DNA of 52,621 nucleotides from a virus (Duplodnaviria; Caudoviricetes): IMG/VR virus record IMGVR_UViG_3300025769_000167, positions 1 to 52,621 of that record; one strand, 5' to 3'. Shown piece by piece: positions 43,917 to 52,621 of this stretch (position 1 is its first letter; each line of letters starts with the position of its first letter). The notes under the pieces were generated by a model. It saw only the letters and a program-made list of their open reading frames with translations, ran no database searches and was not told where the DNA came from. The position numbers and the translations under genes were made by a program.

Positions 43917-44779
43917 TATGACCAACTCACCGTACCAGTACCTGCTGTTACAGTTGTAACACTATCTGAACCAACAGTAGAAGTTGACATAGTTAAACCT
44001 GATTGTGCAATAGTAACTGTATTAGGATATCTTAAAATAACAACACCTGAACCACCTGCTGCTCTGTTTGCGTTAGCACCGCCACCATAATTAGCTGAAG
44101 TTCCACTACCTGAACCACCTGAACCTTGTGTAGGAGAAGCACCCTGCGCTCTACCTCCACCACCACCTGCTCTAGTTACACTAGAACCTGTTATAGAAGA
44201 AGCTAAACCATTTGCACCATTTCCTGCAGTTTGATAGTTAGCAGCGCCGTTACCATTACCTGACGCACCGCCACCGCCTCCGCCGCCTCCACCTGCCCAA
44301 GGGGATGATGTTACACCATTACCGCCATCTCCACCTTGTGTTGCAGCACCTGAACCTCCGCTACCAGTGTGTCCACCTCCACCACCAGAACCACCTGAGT
44401 TAGCACCACCAGTACCACCGCCACCTCCGCCAGTAGATGTGATATCAATACTTAAACCTGAATTTTTAAAGTAACTATTAACTCCATTGTAGCCACTTGC
44501 ATAACTGCTAGGAGGCGCACCTGCACCTGGTCCACCAATAGATACATTAAAACTCGTACCATCAGCAGTAATTGTTAAAACGCTTTCTGTACTTGAACCA
44601 TCTCCTGAAGTTTCTGAAGCATAAGAGTTACGATAACCACCTGCACCTCCGCCACCACCGCTATCGGAAACATATTGTGAACCACCACTACCACCACCGC
44701 CTGCAATAACTAAATATTGTAAATCAAATTCTTTAGTTCCTGCACCTTGTAATGCGAATCTAGCTGCACCTAATGGCAT
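43916..44779 (-). CDS. Glycine-rich tail fibre/tip protein, copy B
   Basis: YLVIAGGGG..GGGGAGGYR..GGSGVVILRYP; MPLGAARFAL start. Confidence 0.75.
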   Translation of the reverse strand: MPLGAARFALQGAGTKEFDLQYLVIAGGGGSGGSQYVSDSGGGGGAGGYRNSYASETSGDGSSTESVLTITADGTSFNVSIGGPGAGAPPSSYASGYNGVNSYFKNSGLSIDITSTGGGGGGTGGANSGGSGGGGGHTGSGGSGAATQGGDGGNGVTSSPWAGGGGGGGGGASGNGNGAANYQTAGNGANGLASSITGSSVTRAGGGGGRAQGASPTQGSGGSGSGTSANYGGGANANRAAGGSGVVILRYPNTVTIAQSGLTMSTSTVGSDSVTTVTAGTGTVSWS

Positions 44780-44787
44780 ATTACTCC

Positions 44788-45747
44788 TTAACTAAAATCT
44801 AATAGTGCATTTATTAATGGTGTTCCTGCATCAAAAAATAAAAAGGTAACTAAATCTACATCATTAGCACCTGTGCTAAGTGTAAGTCCTGCTGCACCTG
44901 CAGTCAGTCCTGTTACATTTCCACCACCATTAACTGTTATTGCATTGATAGCCATAGTTCTTGAACCAGTACCATCTTGTGTTGCTTTCAATGTAAATGA
45001 TGATGTTCCATTTGTAGGCACATTTGTAAAATCTATATCTGTAACAGAGTGTGCTAGTGTAACTGAACCTGTATTACCATTAGCTAAATTTATTGCTAAT
45101 GTTGTTCCAGAAGTAACTGCAACATCTGTTTCTGCATAATCTTTGAGTGACACAGCACTTATCTCTTGGTCAGCACCTGTTACAGCACCTGATAAAGTTA
45201 CAGCACCTAATGTTTTATTTGTTAAAGTAGCTGTTTCTGCATCAACATAGTTTTTAACTGCTGCTGTTGTAGGTATTTTTGTATCACTATCGTTAGATGT
45301 AATAGTTTCACCTTGTGTAATTAAATCTCCTTGATTTATCATAGCAAAATCTACTGCACCTGCAGCTATTGTTGTAGCTACATCTTGTGTAGCTGAAGCT
45401 AGTGTACCTGTAACATCACCTGTCAAAGCTATGTCATTGACTCTGTCATGTATATCTTCAAAATGTTGTTTGACTACTGCGAGTCTAACCTTAGTTCCTG
45501 ATGCGTGTGTTGGGTCAGTACCATGCTTACTATCTAAATCTCTTGTTACTGTAGCAGCGGAGTGGTCTGTACCTGAAGACCATAAAACTACTTCTCTGTT
45601 ACTGTCATTATCAGGGTCTATAACAAAATACGAAGGACTATCTACTCCTGGGTCATCAGCTAAATTCATTGATGTACCACCACTAGCTAACTGTGCAGCT
45701 AAGGTAGTTTCAAAAGCGTTTACTATATTAGATTCTTGTGCTGTCAT
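44788..45747 (-). CDS. Tail fibre (proximal) protein, copy B
   Basis: 319 aa homolog of 1978..2934. Confidence 0.7.
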   Translation of the reverse strand: MTAQESNIVNAFETTLAAQLASGGTSMNLADDPGVDSPSYFVIDPDNDSNREVVLWSSGTDHSAATVTRDLDSKHGTDPTHASGTKVRLAVVKQHFEDIHDRVNDIALTGDVTGTLASATQDVATTIAAGAVDFAMINQGDLITQGETITSNDSDTKIPTTAAVKNYVDAETATLTNKTLGAVTLSGAVTGADQEISAVSLKDYAETDVAVTSGTTLAINLANGNTGSVTLAHSVTDIDFTNVPTNGTSSFTLKATQDGTGSRTMAINAITVNGGGNVTGLTAGAAGLTLSTGANDVDLVTFLFFDAGTPLINALLDFS

Positions 45748-45771
45748 TCTTCTCCATTATATACTATTTTT

Positions 45772-47694
45772 TTATGCAAATCTCATTACTGCAAAACCTT
45801 TTACGCCAGGTATATCGCCTGATGTTACTTGGCTAAAGGTCTCTTGTCTTGTACCTCTGACAGTTAGTATAGCATATTGTGTGACGCTGCCAACATTTGG
45901 ATTACTTTGTATTGGGTATGTAATTTTCTCTACAACACCTCTAACTATTTCTGCAGGGTCATACAACTCTAATGTAACAGCATTACCTTCTTTATTTTTA
46001 AGTGCTTGATATATTGTTTCACCTAAGTTTTTTACCAATAATGGTTTTCTAAATGGTCTTTCTACTCTATCAGAAATGTTTACTGGTATTTGTATCACTA
46101 CAAGTTCAGGTCTTGCTAATGCCCTTACTCTGAATGCTTTAAACTTTGGAGAGTTGACCTGATTAGGAGATTTTAAAACAATTTTTGCTACCACATATCT
46201 TGCTACTCTTGATAACTGCACTGATTCTTCTCCTACTCCTGATAAAGCATTTACTTCTAAATCCCAAGTGCTGTCATTACTATCATTAATAGCTTCGTAT
46301 TTATTTGATAAGTATAATTCTACAGTGTTGCTGTCTGATAATGCTTCTACTTCAATACTTGCTTCAACAAACTGTTTATTTTCTGCAGTAAAAAAATCTG
46401 CAGGAGGTGCTATAAGAAAACCCTCTTGTTCATAAACAGATGTTTGTTTATATACACCATCTGCACTAACTGTAAATAAAAACTTTTCATTTACACTGGC
46501 TATATTATTTACTGTACCTCCTGCACTAGCTTTGTAGTATCTAGCTATACCTGCTGTAGGTAAATAATATCTCCATAAAAAACTTGTACTTCCTGATTCT
46601 TTTATACCTGTGTACACACTGTCTCTAGTAGTAAATAAAGCATTCGGTGAATTATCTATGCCATCAACATCCCATTGTTTTATTAATTGATTGTTAGCAA
46701 GTACATATAAATCATCTGCGACTGTTAAATTTGCACGATACAATCTTCCAATAACTTTACTACCTGTTTGTAATTCTTTAGTACCATAAAAAACTATACC
46801 CTGCGATTCTACAATACAAGTAACTTGTTCTCCTGATATTTCTGTTTGACCTTTTAAAGTTAATGTACCTGTTACATCTTTAAGAGAATATATTCTTCCA
46901 TCTGTTGCTGTAACTAAAACAACAGCACCTGCATCTGCAGCATCTGTGAATGTTTGTCCTGAAGGTAATGTAACAATAGCTGAACCCACAGTTGTCACAC
47001 CATCATACGCATGTAAAGCATTACCTATGCTTACAATTAATTGTCCTTTTACAGAAAATATTTTGTCATATACTGCTGCCGACATTTTTTGTGTTGATGT
47101 ACCACCACTTGTTAAAGTTTCTATTTCACCTGCTGAACCATTGTTAGCTGTTATATAAAGTAAGTCACCATGTGCAGCTAAACCTTTTATCTGATAACCT
47201 GCAGTTAAACCTTCAGTAACTGTACTCCAGTTAGCACCACCATCATCTGACTTGTATAATGTTTCATCATCAGATACATATATCCTTGTACCTACTACTG
47301 CCATGTGATTTACAGCAGAAGATAATGCTTGACCTTTTTCTGTAGTGTGTAGTAACTGTACATTATATCCTTTACCTAAGTCTGTATTAAATACATCTAC
47401 GCTTTCACTATCCCAAAATCTTGTAACATCATTAGGATTGCCATTTGCTTTATGTGCATTATCTAAATTAGAACCACCACTAAAGTCATTCCTAGAATAT
47501 ATACGACCTATGTTTGATGTAAAATCTTCTGGGTTTTGTTTAACATTTAAACCTTGGTCTTGAACATCTGATGATTGTATAGTCATCTCTCTACCAGGAC
47601 CAATAGCACTTCTATATAATTCATTGTCTACACGAAAATCATAACCTTTTCTTTTAGGATTACTTTCTTCTGCTTGTGTCGTTAATCTAGGCAT
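45772..47694 (-). CDS. Tail nozzle/tubular-B-like protein, copy B
   Basis: 640 aa colinear homolog of 2959..4881. Confidence 0.6.
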   Translation of the reverse strand: MPRLTTQAEESNPKRKGYDFRVDNELYRSAIGPGREMTIQSSDVQDQGLNVKQNPEDFTSNIGRIYSRNDFSGGSNLDNAHKANGNPNDVTRFWDSESVDVFNTDLGKGYNVQLLHTTEKGQALSSAVNHMAVVGTRIYVSDDETLYKSDDGGANWSTVTEGLTAGYQIKGLAAHGDLLYITANNGSAGEIETLTSGGTSTQKMSAAVYDKIFSVKGQLIVSIGNALHAYDGVTTVGSAIVTLPSGQTFTDAADAGAVVLVTATDGRIYSLKDVTGTLTLKGQTEISGEQVTCIVESQGIVFYGTKELQTGSKVIGRLYRANLTVADDLYVLANNQLIKQWDVDGIDNSPNALFTTRDSVYTGIKESGSTSFLWRYYLPTAGIARYYKASAGGTVNNIASVNEKFLFTVSADGVYKQTSVYEQEGFLIAPPADFFTAENKQFVEASIEVEALSDSNTVELYLSNKYEAINDSNDSTWDLEVNALSGVGEESVQLSRVARYVVAKIVLKSPNQVNSPKFKAFRVRALARPELVVIQIPVNISDRVERPFRKPLLVKNLGETIYQALKNKEGNAVTLELYDPAEIVRGVVEKITYPIQSNPNVGSVTQYAILTVRGTRQETFSQVTSGDIPGVKGFAVMRFA

Positions 47695-48698
47695 TAGTAC
47701 ACTATATTGTTAATCGTAACTGGTTCTGGATACCTAGCTCTTAAATCTTTTCTAGCTTGTTGTATTAAAGCTCTTTGATAACTCAATAAAGAGTTTCTTA
47801 TTCTTGTTGCTGAATCAACTGGGAAATTTGATGTAGAAAGTTGGTCAGTTATATAATCAGTTGTTGCAGTAGGAATATCTCTACCACTAAGCATCTGTGC
47901 GGCAACACCAGCCATAATAATAGGCTCGTATTCATCTTCTAATCCTACTGTGGCAAGTGTGTCTGTTTCTGAAGTGGGGTCAATAAATTTCTTTTTGAAT
48001 GTTACAAATGCAGTATGACCTGCTGCTATACCTGAAAATTGTAATGCGTGAACTACATTAGGACCTGTTGTGTAAGTAATTGTTCTTTCTGTAGATGTGT
48101 CATCTGTATAAGTAAAAGGGTTAGGTAGGTCTATTAATTCGACAGCTACTCCTCTAAATACAACATTTGTTGTATCTGAGTTAGCAGAAAAGTCTGTGTA
48201 CTGTGATATAGATTTTATAGGTGCTACTAAATAGTTATTAGTTCCTGGAGCTGAGTAAGAACCTAGTAAAGTAAATCCATCTCCAACAACAACTTCTAAT
48301 GTTTCTGTAGCAAATAAAGTTGGGTATAAGTTTTTAATCTGGTCACACACAGCATCAAATACATTCTTACGAGGAAATGTAGGTGATATTTTAACAACAC
48401 TACCATCTGGGTGTGTTGAAGCTATCGTTCCTCTTACACCTCTAACTACTGTTACTTGATTATTTACTGTATCTAAAGACACACAACGCATGAGTTCTCT
48501 TTCACACTCAATAATAGTTCCTGCATCCATAGCATCTTCTTCTTCTTGTGTCAGTAAATTACCATCAAATGTTATTACTGTATCTGATGCACTTAATTCT
48601 GTACCTTCATTTAATACTGTGTAAGATGTTAAATCATCCATAGGTTCAAGATATTCTCTATAAACTCTATCAACTAATCCTTGTATATTTGTACTCAT
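47694..48698 (-). CDS. Head-tail adaptor-like protein, copy B
   Basis: 334 aa homolog of 4881..5873. Confidence 0.55.
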   Translation of the reverse strand: MSTNIQGLVDRVYREYLEPMDDLTSYTVLNEGTELSASDTVITFDGNLLTQEEEDAMDAGTIIECERELMRCVSLDTVNNQVTVVRGVRGTIASTHPDGSVVKISPTFPRKNVFDAVCDQIKNLYPTLFATETLEVVVGDGFTLLGSYSAPGTNNYLVAPIKSISQYTDFSANSDTTNVVFRGVAVELIDLPNPFTYTDDTSTERTITYTTGPNVVHALQFSGIAAGHTAFVTFKKKFIDPTSETDTLATVGLEDEYEPIIMAGVAAQMLSGRDIPTATTDYITDQLSTSNFPVDSATRIRNSLLSYQRALIQQARKDLRARYPEPVTINNIVY

Positions 48699-48892
48699 TA
48701 TGCAACCTTATCTTCTGCATTTATTGCTTTAGCAAAGTGTGATTGTCCAAACATAGCCATACCAAAAGTAGCACTACGTACTTCACTAATAGGTACTGCA
48801 TCTTCTAAAGGATAAGATTCTTGAATAGGTGCAGAACCTTTAGAATCAATATCTAAAAGTCTTCCCTCTTTAAGTATTAAGAGCATACTCAT
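48698..48892 (-). CDS. Small virion-module protein, copy B
   Basis: 64 aa homolog of 5873..6058. Confidence 0.65.
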   Translation of the reverse strand: MSMLLILKEGRLLDIDSKGSAPIQESYPLEDAVPISEVRSATFGMAMFGQSHFAKAINAEDKVA

Positions 48893-48900
48893 TGTTGCTC

Positions 48901-49233
48901 CTAACTATGTCTAAAGTGTAATGTTAAACTTCTATCTGCCGCTTCGTTTCCATTAGATGTAACTCTAATATAACCATTGCTTGCAAAAGCCCAACCTGAT
49001 GGGTCAACTCTTACAATATCTCCTGCTGAAACAGTGTAACTTACTTCAGTACCATCTGTTTCTTTTACATCTACAAATGTGCTGTTATCCATTGAAAAGT
49101 CAAATGTAATTGCAGAACCTGTCATTGCTGCAGGAAACTGAACACCACATAAAAGCATACCTTCAGTTTGTACTCCTAAAGAATTATTATTGTCTGCTGA
49201 AATGTCTATTAAAGCTGTTTTTGATTTAATCAT
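48901..49233 (-). CDS. Virion protein (possible head decoration protein), copy B
   Basis: 110 aa homolog of 6068..6397. Confidence 0.6.
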   Translation of the reverse strand: MIKSKTALIDISADNNNSLGVQTEGMLLCGVQFPAAMTGSAITFDFSMDNSTFVDVKETDGTEVSYTVSAGDIVRVDPSGWAFASNGYIRVTSNGNEAADRSLTLHFRHS

Positions 49234-49251
49234 ATCTTCCTTACTATAGCA

Positions 49252-49289
49252 GAAGATAAGGGCGGAGGTGGAGTTCCACCCTAATCTTC
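49252..49289 (-). terminator. Stem-loop after capsid gene, copy B
   Basis: AGGGTGGA..TCCGCCCT, compensatory relative to copy A AGAGTGGA..TCCACTCT. Confidence 0.7.
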
Positions 49290-49298
49290 AATTATTAT

Positions 49299-50417
49299 TT
49301 AAGCTACTGCTTGAATTTTACAATGGTATGAAGGAGGTCCGAACTCGAATCCCATCTCCATATAAATTGCTTTACCAATTCTAGCGTTTGCATCTTGGTC
49401 AATGTCACGTACGAACACAGTTCCATATCCTGGGATATTTGTGAATACTGGTTGTATGTAAGCTAAGTCTAAGATGAAAGCAGTGCCTGTTGGCATGATA
49501 TCTGGGTCAATAACCATCAATCCGATTGAACCGAATGGTGTAATGACTGTATCAATATCTATACCAGCAACATTTCTATCTCTAGGAATGATTGCTCCTG
49601 CTATATCAACTGTACCTTTAACAAGCTCGTTGTTAAGGTCTAGTAATTGCTTTGGACTAACGCATAGTACAGGTTGCGACATTGGGGCATGGTTGTCATA
49701 CATTCTCTTTAACGCACCTGATATAGTTGCGAAAGAGATGACTTGTGCTGAACCAGTTCCGTCACCTGAAGCGTCATTGTAGAAACAGTTACCGCCTAAT
49801 GGGTTAACTGCTGCAGAGTTGTTGGCGTTCTTGCCAATGGTAATCCAATGGTCAAGACCATACATTTCTCTAGTTCCTGACCCAGGTGTTACGTTAGCAC
49901 CATCTGAGAAAGAACCATTGAATGCAAACCACTCAACTTCTCTTGCTACTTTTTCCATTGCTTTTTCCATCTGAAAAGCAAATTCGTCTGCCACTGGGCT
50001 ACCACCGAACATAGCCAATTTGTCACCAGCTGTCACTGTTCCGTCTCCGTCTGAAGAGTTCGCAATGTCTGCTGATAAATCAAATGGGTTTTGATTTTGG
50101 GTAGATGCCAAAGCGGTATAGGTCATTTGTACACCTTTATGGAAAATTTGAGTTACATATGTGTATGCAGCTCTGTCTCTTCCAAGGTATTCTGTAGGTG
50201 CTGCACCTTCTTGTCCTTTAGTTGGTTCAGATGAAACGGTAGCATTATCTTCTACTTGGACTTGCCAAAATGTAGAGTTTAATGTCTTACCACCGTTTAA
50301 TCCACCAGCTGCGGATAATAAAGGTGTTCTTTGACCACCGACTTTGAACAATTCACCAGCGAAGTTATTAATATTTTGTGCATAAATCGTACTGTTTGTT
50401 AACGATATTGCTGCCAT
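49299..50417 (-). CDS. Major capsid protein (SU10/DUF5309-like), copy B
   Basis: 372 aa close homolog of 6463..7587. Confidence 0.8.
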   Translation of the reverse strand: MAAISLTNSTIYAQNINNFAGELFKVGGQRTPLLSAAGGLNGGKTLNSTFWQVQVEDNATVSSEPTKGQEGAAPTEYLGRDRAAYTYVTQIFHKGVQMTYTALASTQNQNPFDLSADIANSSDGDGTVTAGDKLAMFGGSPVADEFAFQMEKAMEKVAREVEWFAFNGSFSDGANVTPGSGTREMYGLDHWITIGKNANNSAAVNPLGGNCFYNDASGDGTGSAQVISFATISGALKRMYDNHAPMSQPVLCVSPKQLLDLNNELVKGTVDIAGAIIPRDRNVAGIDIDTVITPFGSIGLMVIDPDIMPTGTAFILDLAYIQPVFTNIPGYGTVFVRDIDQDANARIGKAIYMEMGFEFGPPSYHCKIQAVA

Positions 50418-50436
50418 TTTTATCTTCTCCTATAAA

Positions 50437-50916
50437 TTATTTTTTATCTTGTTGTTTAAGAGTCTCCATCATACGCAATTTTGCATTGATAGAATCTCCT
50501 GGTTTTGTATTTGGATTTCTAACAAAATTTACAAATTCTTGACCTACGTCTGTAGGCTCAGCATTTACACCAAGTTTATTTAGCTGCTCTACACGCGATT
50601 GAGCTTCTACTACATTACCTGCTTGTTGAGGTACTGCTGCTGGTTCAGCATTAATAGCATCACCAAACTCATTTTGTACAAAGTCTTTGATAGATGTTAC
50701 ATCCATCTCGCCCTCATATAATTTAGTTACAGCTTTACCAATACCTTTTTCAGGTTCTAGTCCTAATGACTCTAAAGCGCTACCCATAGCCTGAGCCTTG
50801 AATGCTTTGTTCTCAGCTTTGAGTTTTTTAAACTCATCCCTAAGTTGCTTTATATTATCATTAGAATCTTCAGCTTGTTCTGTAGCTGCTTGGTCTAAAT
50901 TGTTTATATCTTCCAT
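50437..50916 (-). CDS. Capsid scaffolding protein, copy B (start MEDINN, 159 aa)
   Basis: GGAG SD; homolog of 7613..8080. Confidence 0.7.
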   Translation of the reverse strand: MEDINNLDQAATEQAEDSNDNIKQLRDEFKKLKAENKAFKAQAMGSALESLGLEPEKGIGKAVTKLYEGEMDVTSIKDFVQNEFGDAINAEPAAVPQQAGNVVEAQSRVEQLNKLGVNAEPTDVGQEFVNFVRNPNTKPGDSINAKLRMMETLKQQDKK

Positions 50917-51076
50917 TTTTATCTCCATCTTTTCTCTAGCATATAAATAATCCCATAACATAATCGCTAGGTAATTAAAGGGATTTCACAAGGTTTTAAA
51001 AATACAGACAACACACCTTGGTAGTGCTATCGAAATGCAGCCCTATTTTTTAAGTGCCGATTCCTGCCAGGCACTA
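50917..51076 (-). ncRNA. Structured cis-regulatory RNA leader, copy B
   Basis: Stems covary with 8081..8240; pseudoknot pairing retained. Confidence 0.6.
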
Positions 51077-51081
51077 CAATT

Positions 51082-51108
51082 AGTATAGCAGATTTATGCC
51101 TCTGTCAA
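51082..51108 (-). promoter_or_regulatory. Promoter: TTGACA plus extended -10 TGCTATACT
   Basis: Motifs visible just upstream of the leader; spacer is short (15 nt) but TGn is present. Confidence 0.5.
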
Positions 51109-52170
51109 GCCACTTACTGCACCTTGTTGAGTTTTCTTAGCACCTAGCTGTACAGCACTTTCAGACTCTGCTTGTGCTGCTAATGTAGATACTTGTTCTG
51201 CAAACTGTGTATCAGGTGCTGCACCCATCTCTGCAAACTCTAATGCTGTGTATTCTGTTTTCTCTCTACCGAATCTTCTAGCTAATCTTGAAGCAGTCAT
51301 AGCTCTAGCAGTAGCTGTTTCAAACTCACTAGCTGCTCTTTGTGAAGTAATACCTCCACTAACAAGTCTTTGTACTGCGTCATAATCTATTTCTTCTCCA
51401 CTAACTCTTTCAAACGTTGCACTTATTTGTGAGACGTTTAATCTTTTAGTAAGTATTTGTGCATTAACTTCAGGGTCTATAGCCAAAGCAACTAAAGCTG
51501 ATTCACTCATATCTACAGTCTCTCCTAATTCATCAGAGTAATACTGTGAGTATTGTCCAAGAACTTGTGCTTTCTGTTCTTCAGGTAATGAAGTTATAGT
51601 ATCTGATACTGCTTTAACTCTATTTCTTAACTCATCAGGATTAACATTGTTAGCTAATAATTTAGGAAATATTACATCTAAGTTTTCTTTTGCATATCCA
51701 CCTAAGTTATATTCTTGTAAGTGAATAGCAACAGCTTCTTTATTCTGTAAGTACTGTGCCTCTGTCATTCTAAGACTTCCATCATTTCTTTTTATACCCT
51801 CAAACATTTCGCTGTATTCAACTGTTGAACGCATATTTGCTAGGGCAAACTCTGCTTTACCTGTATCAATAAAACCTTGTGTATAAGAATCTATTAGTTT
51901 CTCTCCACGTACTGGGTCTAACTTTGTGATGTATGGCAATAATACTTTGGCTTGTTCTCTGCTATAAGGAGATAAATCTTCTTCTTTAATTGGTGTAGAA
52001 TCTGTAGTCTCTCCTCCACCTGTAAAGTTTGAGCCACCTGCTGTAGTAGATAAAGCAACAGCTTCTGACTTATCTGTTGTATAGCCATTAGCTAACATGT
52101 CATCTAACTTAAGACCTGTACCTTCTAACTCTATACCTGTTAAATCATCTTTTCTATATACTGTTACCAC
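51094..52170 (-). CDS. Internal virion/ejection protein, copy B
   Basis: 358 aa distant homolog of 8260..9372. Confidence 0.5.
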   Translation of the reverse strand: MVTVYRKDDLTGIELEGTGLKLDDMLANGYTTDKSEAVALSTTAGGSNFTGGGETTDSTPIKEEDLSPYSREQAKVLLPYITKLDPVRGEKLIDSYTQGFIDTGKAEFALANMRSTVEYSEMFEGIKRNDGSLRMTEAQYLQNKEAVAIHLQEYNLGGYAKENLDVIFPKLLANNVNPDELRNRVKAVSDTITSLPEEQKAQVLGQYSQYYSDELGETVDMSESALVALAIDPEVNAQILTKRLNVSQISATFERVSGEEIDYDAVQRLVSGGITSQRAASEFETATARAMTASRLARRFGREKTEYTALEFAEMGAAPDTQFAEQVSTLAAQAESESAVQLGAKKTQQGAVSGLTEA

Positions 52171-52621
52171 TATATGCTCCTAACTACTGGTCCACCTAGG
52201 GACTTGTTCATTTCACTTGCTAAGTTATAAGAGAAGAACTTGTTGTTACTGTTGTATGCTTTCTGTCTAAAGTTTTTACCAGCATCTTGGAAACCATTAT
52301 TAAGTTCTTCTAAGAACTCTGTGCTAGTTTCATCAGGATTATCTCCGTATATAGATGCGTATAGTTTAAGGTATGGACCAACTATCTTTCCATAGTTAAG
52401 ACCTTTACCTGCATACTTTTCAAAGTAAGGGTTGTTATCAAATATAGTTTGTAGATACTCTTTGACACTCTCTTCACCTTCAGTTGCATACAGAGTAGCT
52501 ATAGTTCTCTTTTCACTTTCAGCTAATCCATTGTATACACCTGCACCGAGAATCTCTGTTCCCTTTGCCTGTGCTTTATTGTTAAAGATATAGTCTGATA
52601 AATCTAATCCTGAACTATCAA
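52170..52621 (-). CDS. 3' part of internal virion protein, copy B (truncated by window)
   Basis: Translates to ..KYAGKGLNYGKIVG..GDNPDETS..SLGGPVVRSI*, homologous to the C-terminus of 9372..10790. Confidence 0.7.
   Translation of the reverse strand, partial: DSSGLDLSDYIFNNKAQAKGTEILGAGVYNGLAESEKRTIATLYATEGEESVKEYLQTIFDNNPYFEKYAGKGLNYGKIVGPYLKLYASIYGDNPDETSTEFLEELNNGFQDAGKNFRQKAYNSNNKFFSYNLASEMNKSLGGPVVRSI

Larger units (their letters stand above)
44788..52621. repeat. Diverged direct repeat of 1978..~9800 (offset ~42.8 kb)
   Basis: Nine colinear homologous genes; offsets of about 42.80-42.84 kb. Confidence 0.95.

Noticed and set aside
44788-52621. Terminal redundancy or circular overlap of a single genome
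   Set aside because: The copies differ at many nucleotide and amino-acid positions and have unrelated tail cassettes; a true overlap would be essentially identical.

Overview
AT-rich (roughly one-third GC by eye) tailed-phage DNA with no host genes, no integrase and no recognisable DNA polymerase, primase or helicase. The gene set looks like a podovirus: TerL, portal, scaffold, SU10/DUF5309-type capsid protein, adaptor, nozzle, tail fibres, large internal/ejection proteins and a DUF5675/holin lysis block. A low-GC actinobacterial host is a reasonable inference from the r1t-like holin, SLT_3-like lysozyme and leaderless promoters. The window spans about 1.2 genome units of ~42.8 kb, but the repeated part (1-~9.8 kb versus ~42.7-52.6 kb) is not identical. 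It consists of two intact, diverged homologous virion modules with unrelated tail-tip genes, so the window is either two related phage genomes joined head-to-tail or a chimeric assembly. Comparing the copies reveals a covarying, pseudoknot-containing RNA leader in front of the scaffold/capsid genes. The internal-protein block carries apparent host-modifying domains: GNAT plus two ADP-ribosyltransferase-like domains in the 1515-aa protein, and a split cpYpsA-type SLOG domain with a nested ASCH-like insert in the 2315-aa protein. The divergent control region (30.2-32.8 kb) is dense in long hairpins, perfect palindromes and candidate ncRNAs. Several micro-ORFs missing from the ORF track are also present. 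All domain calls come from motif recognition by eye, not database searches.
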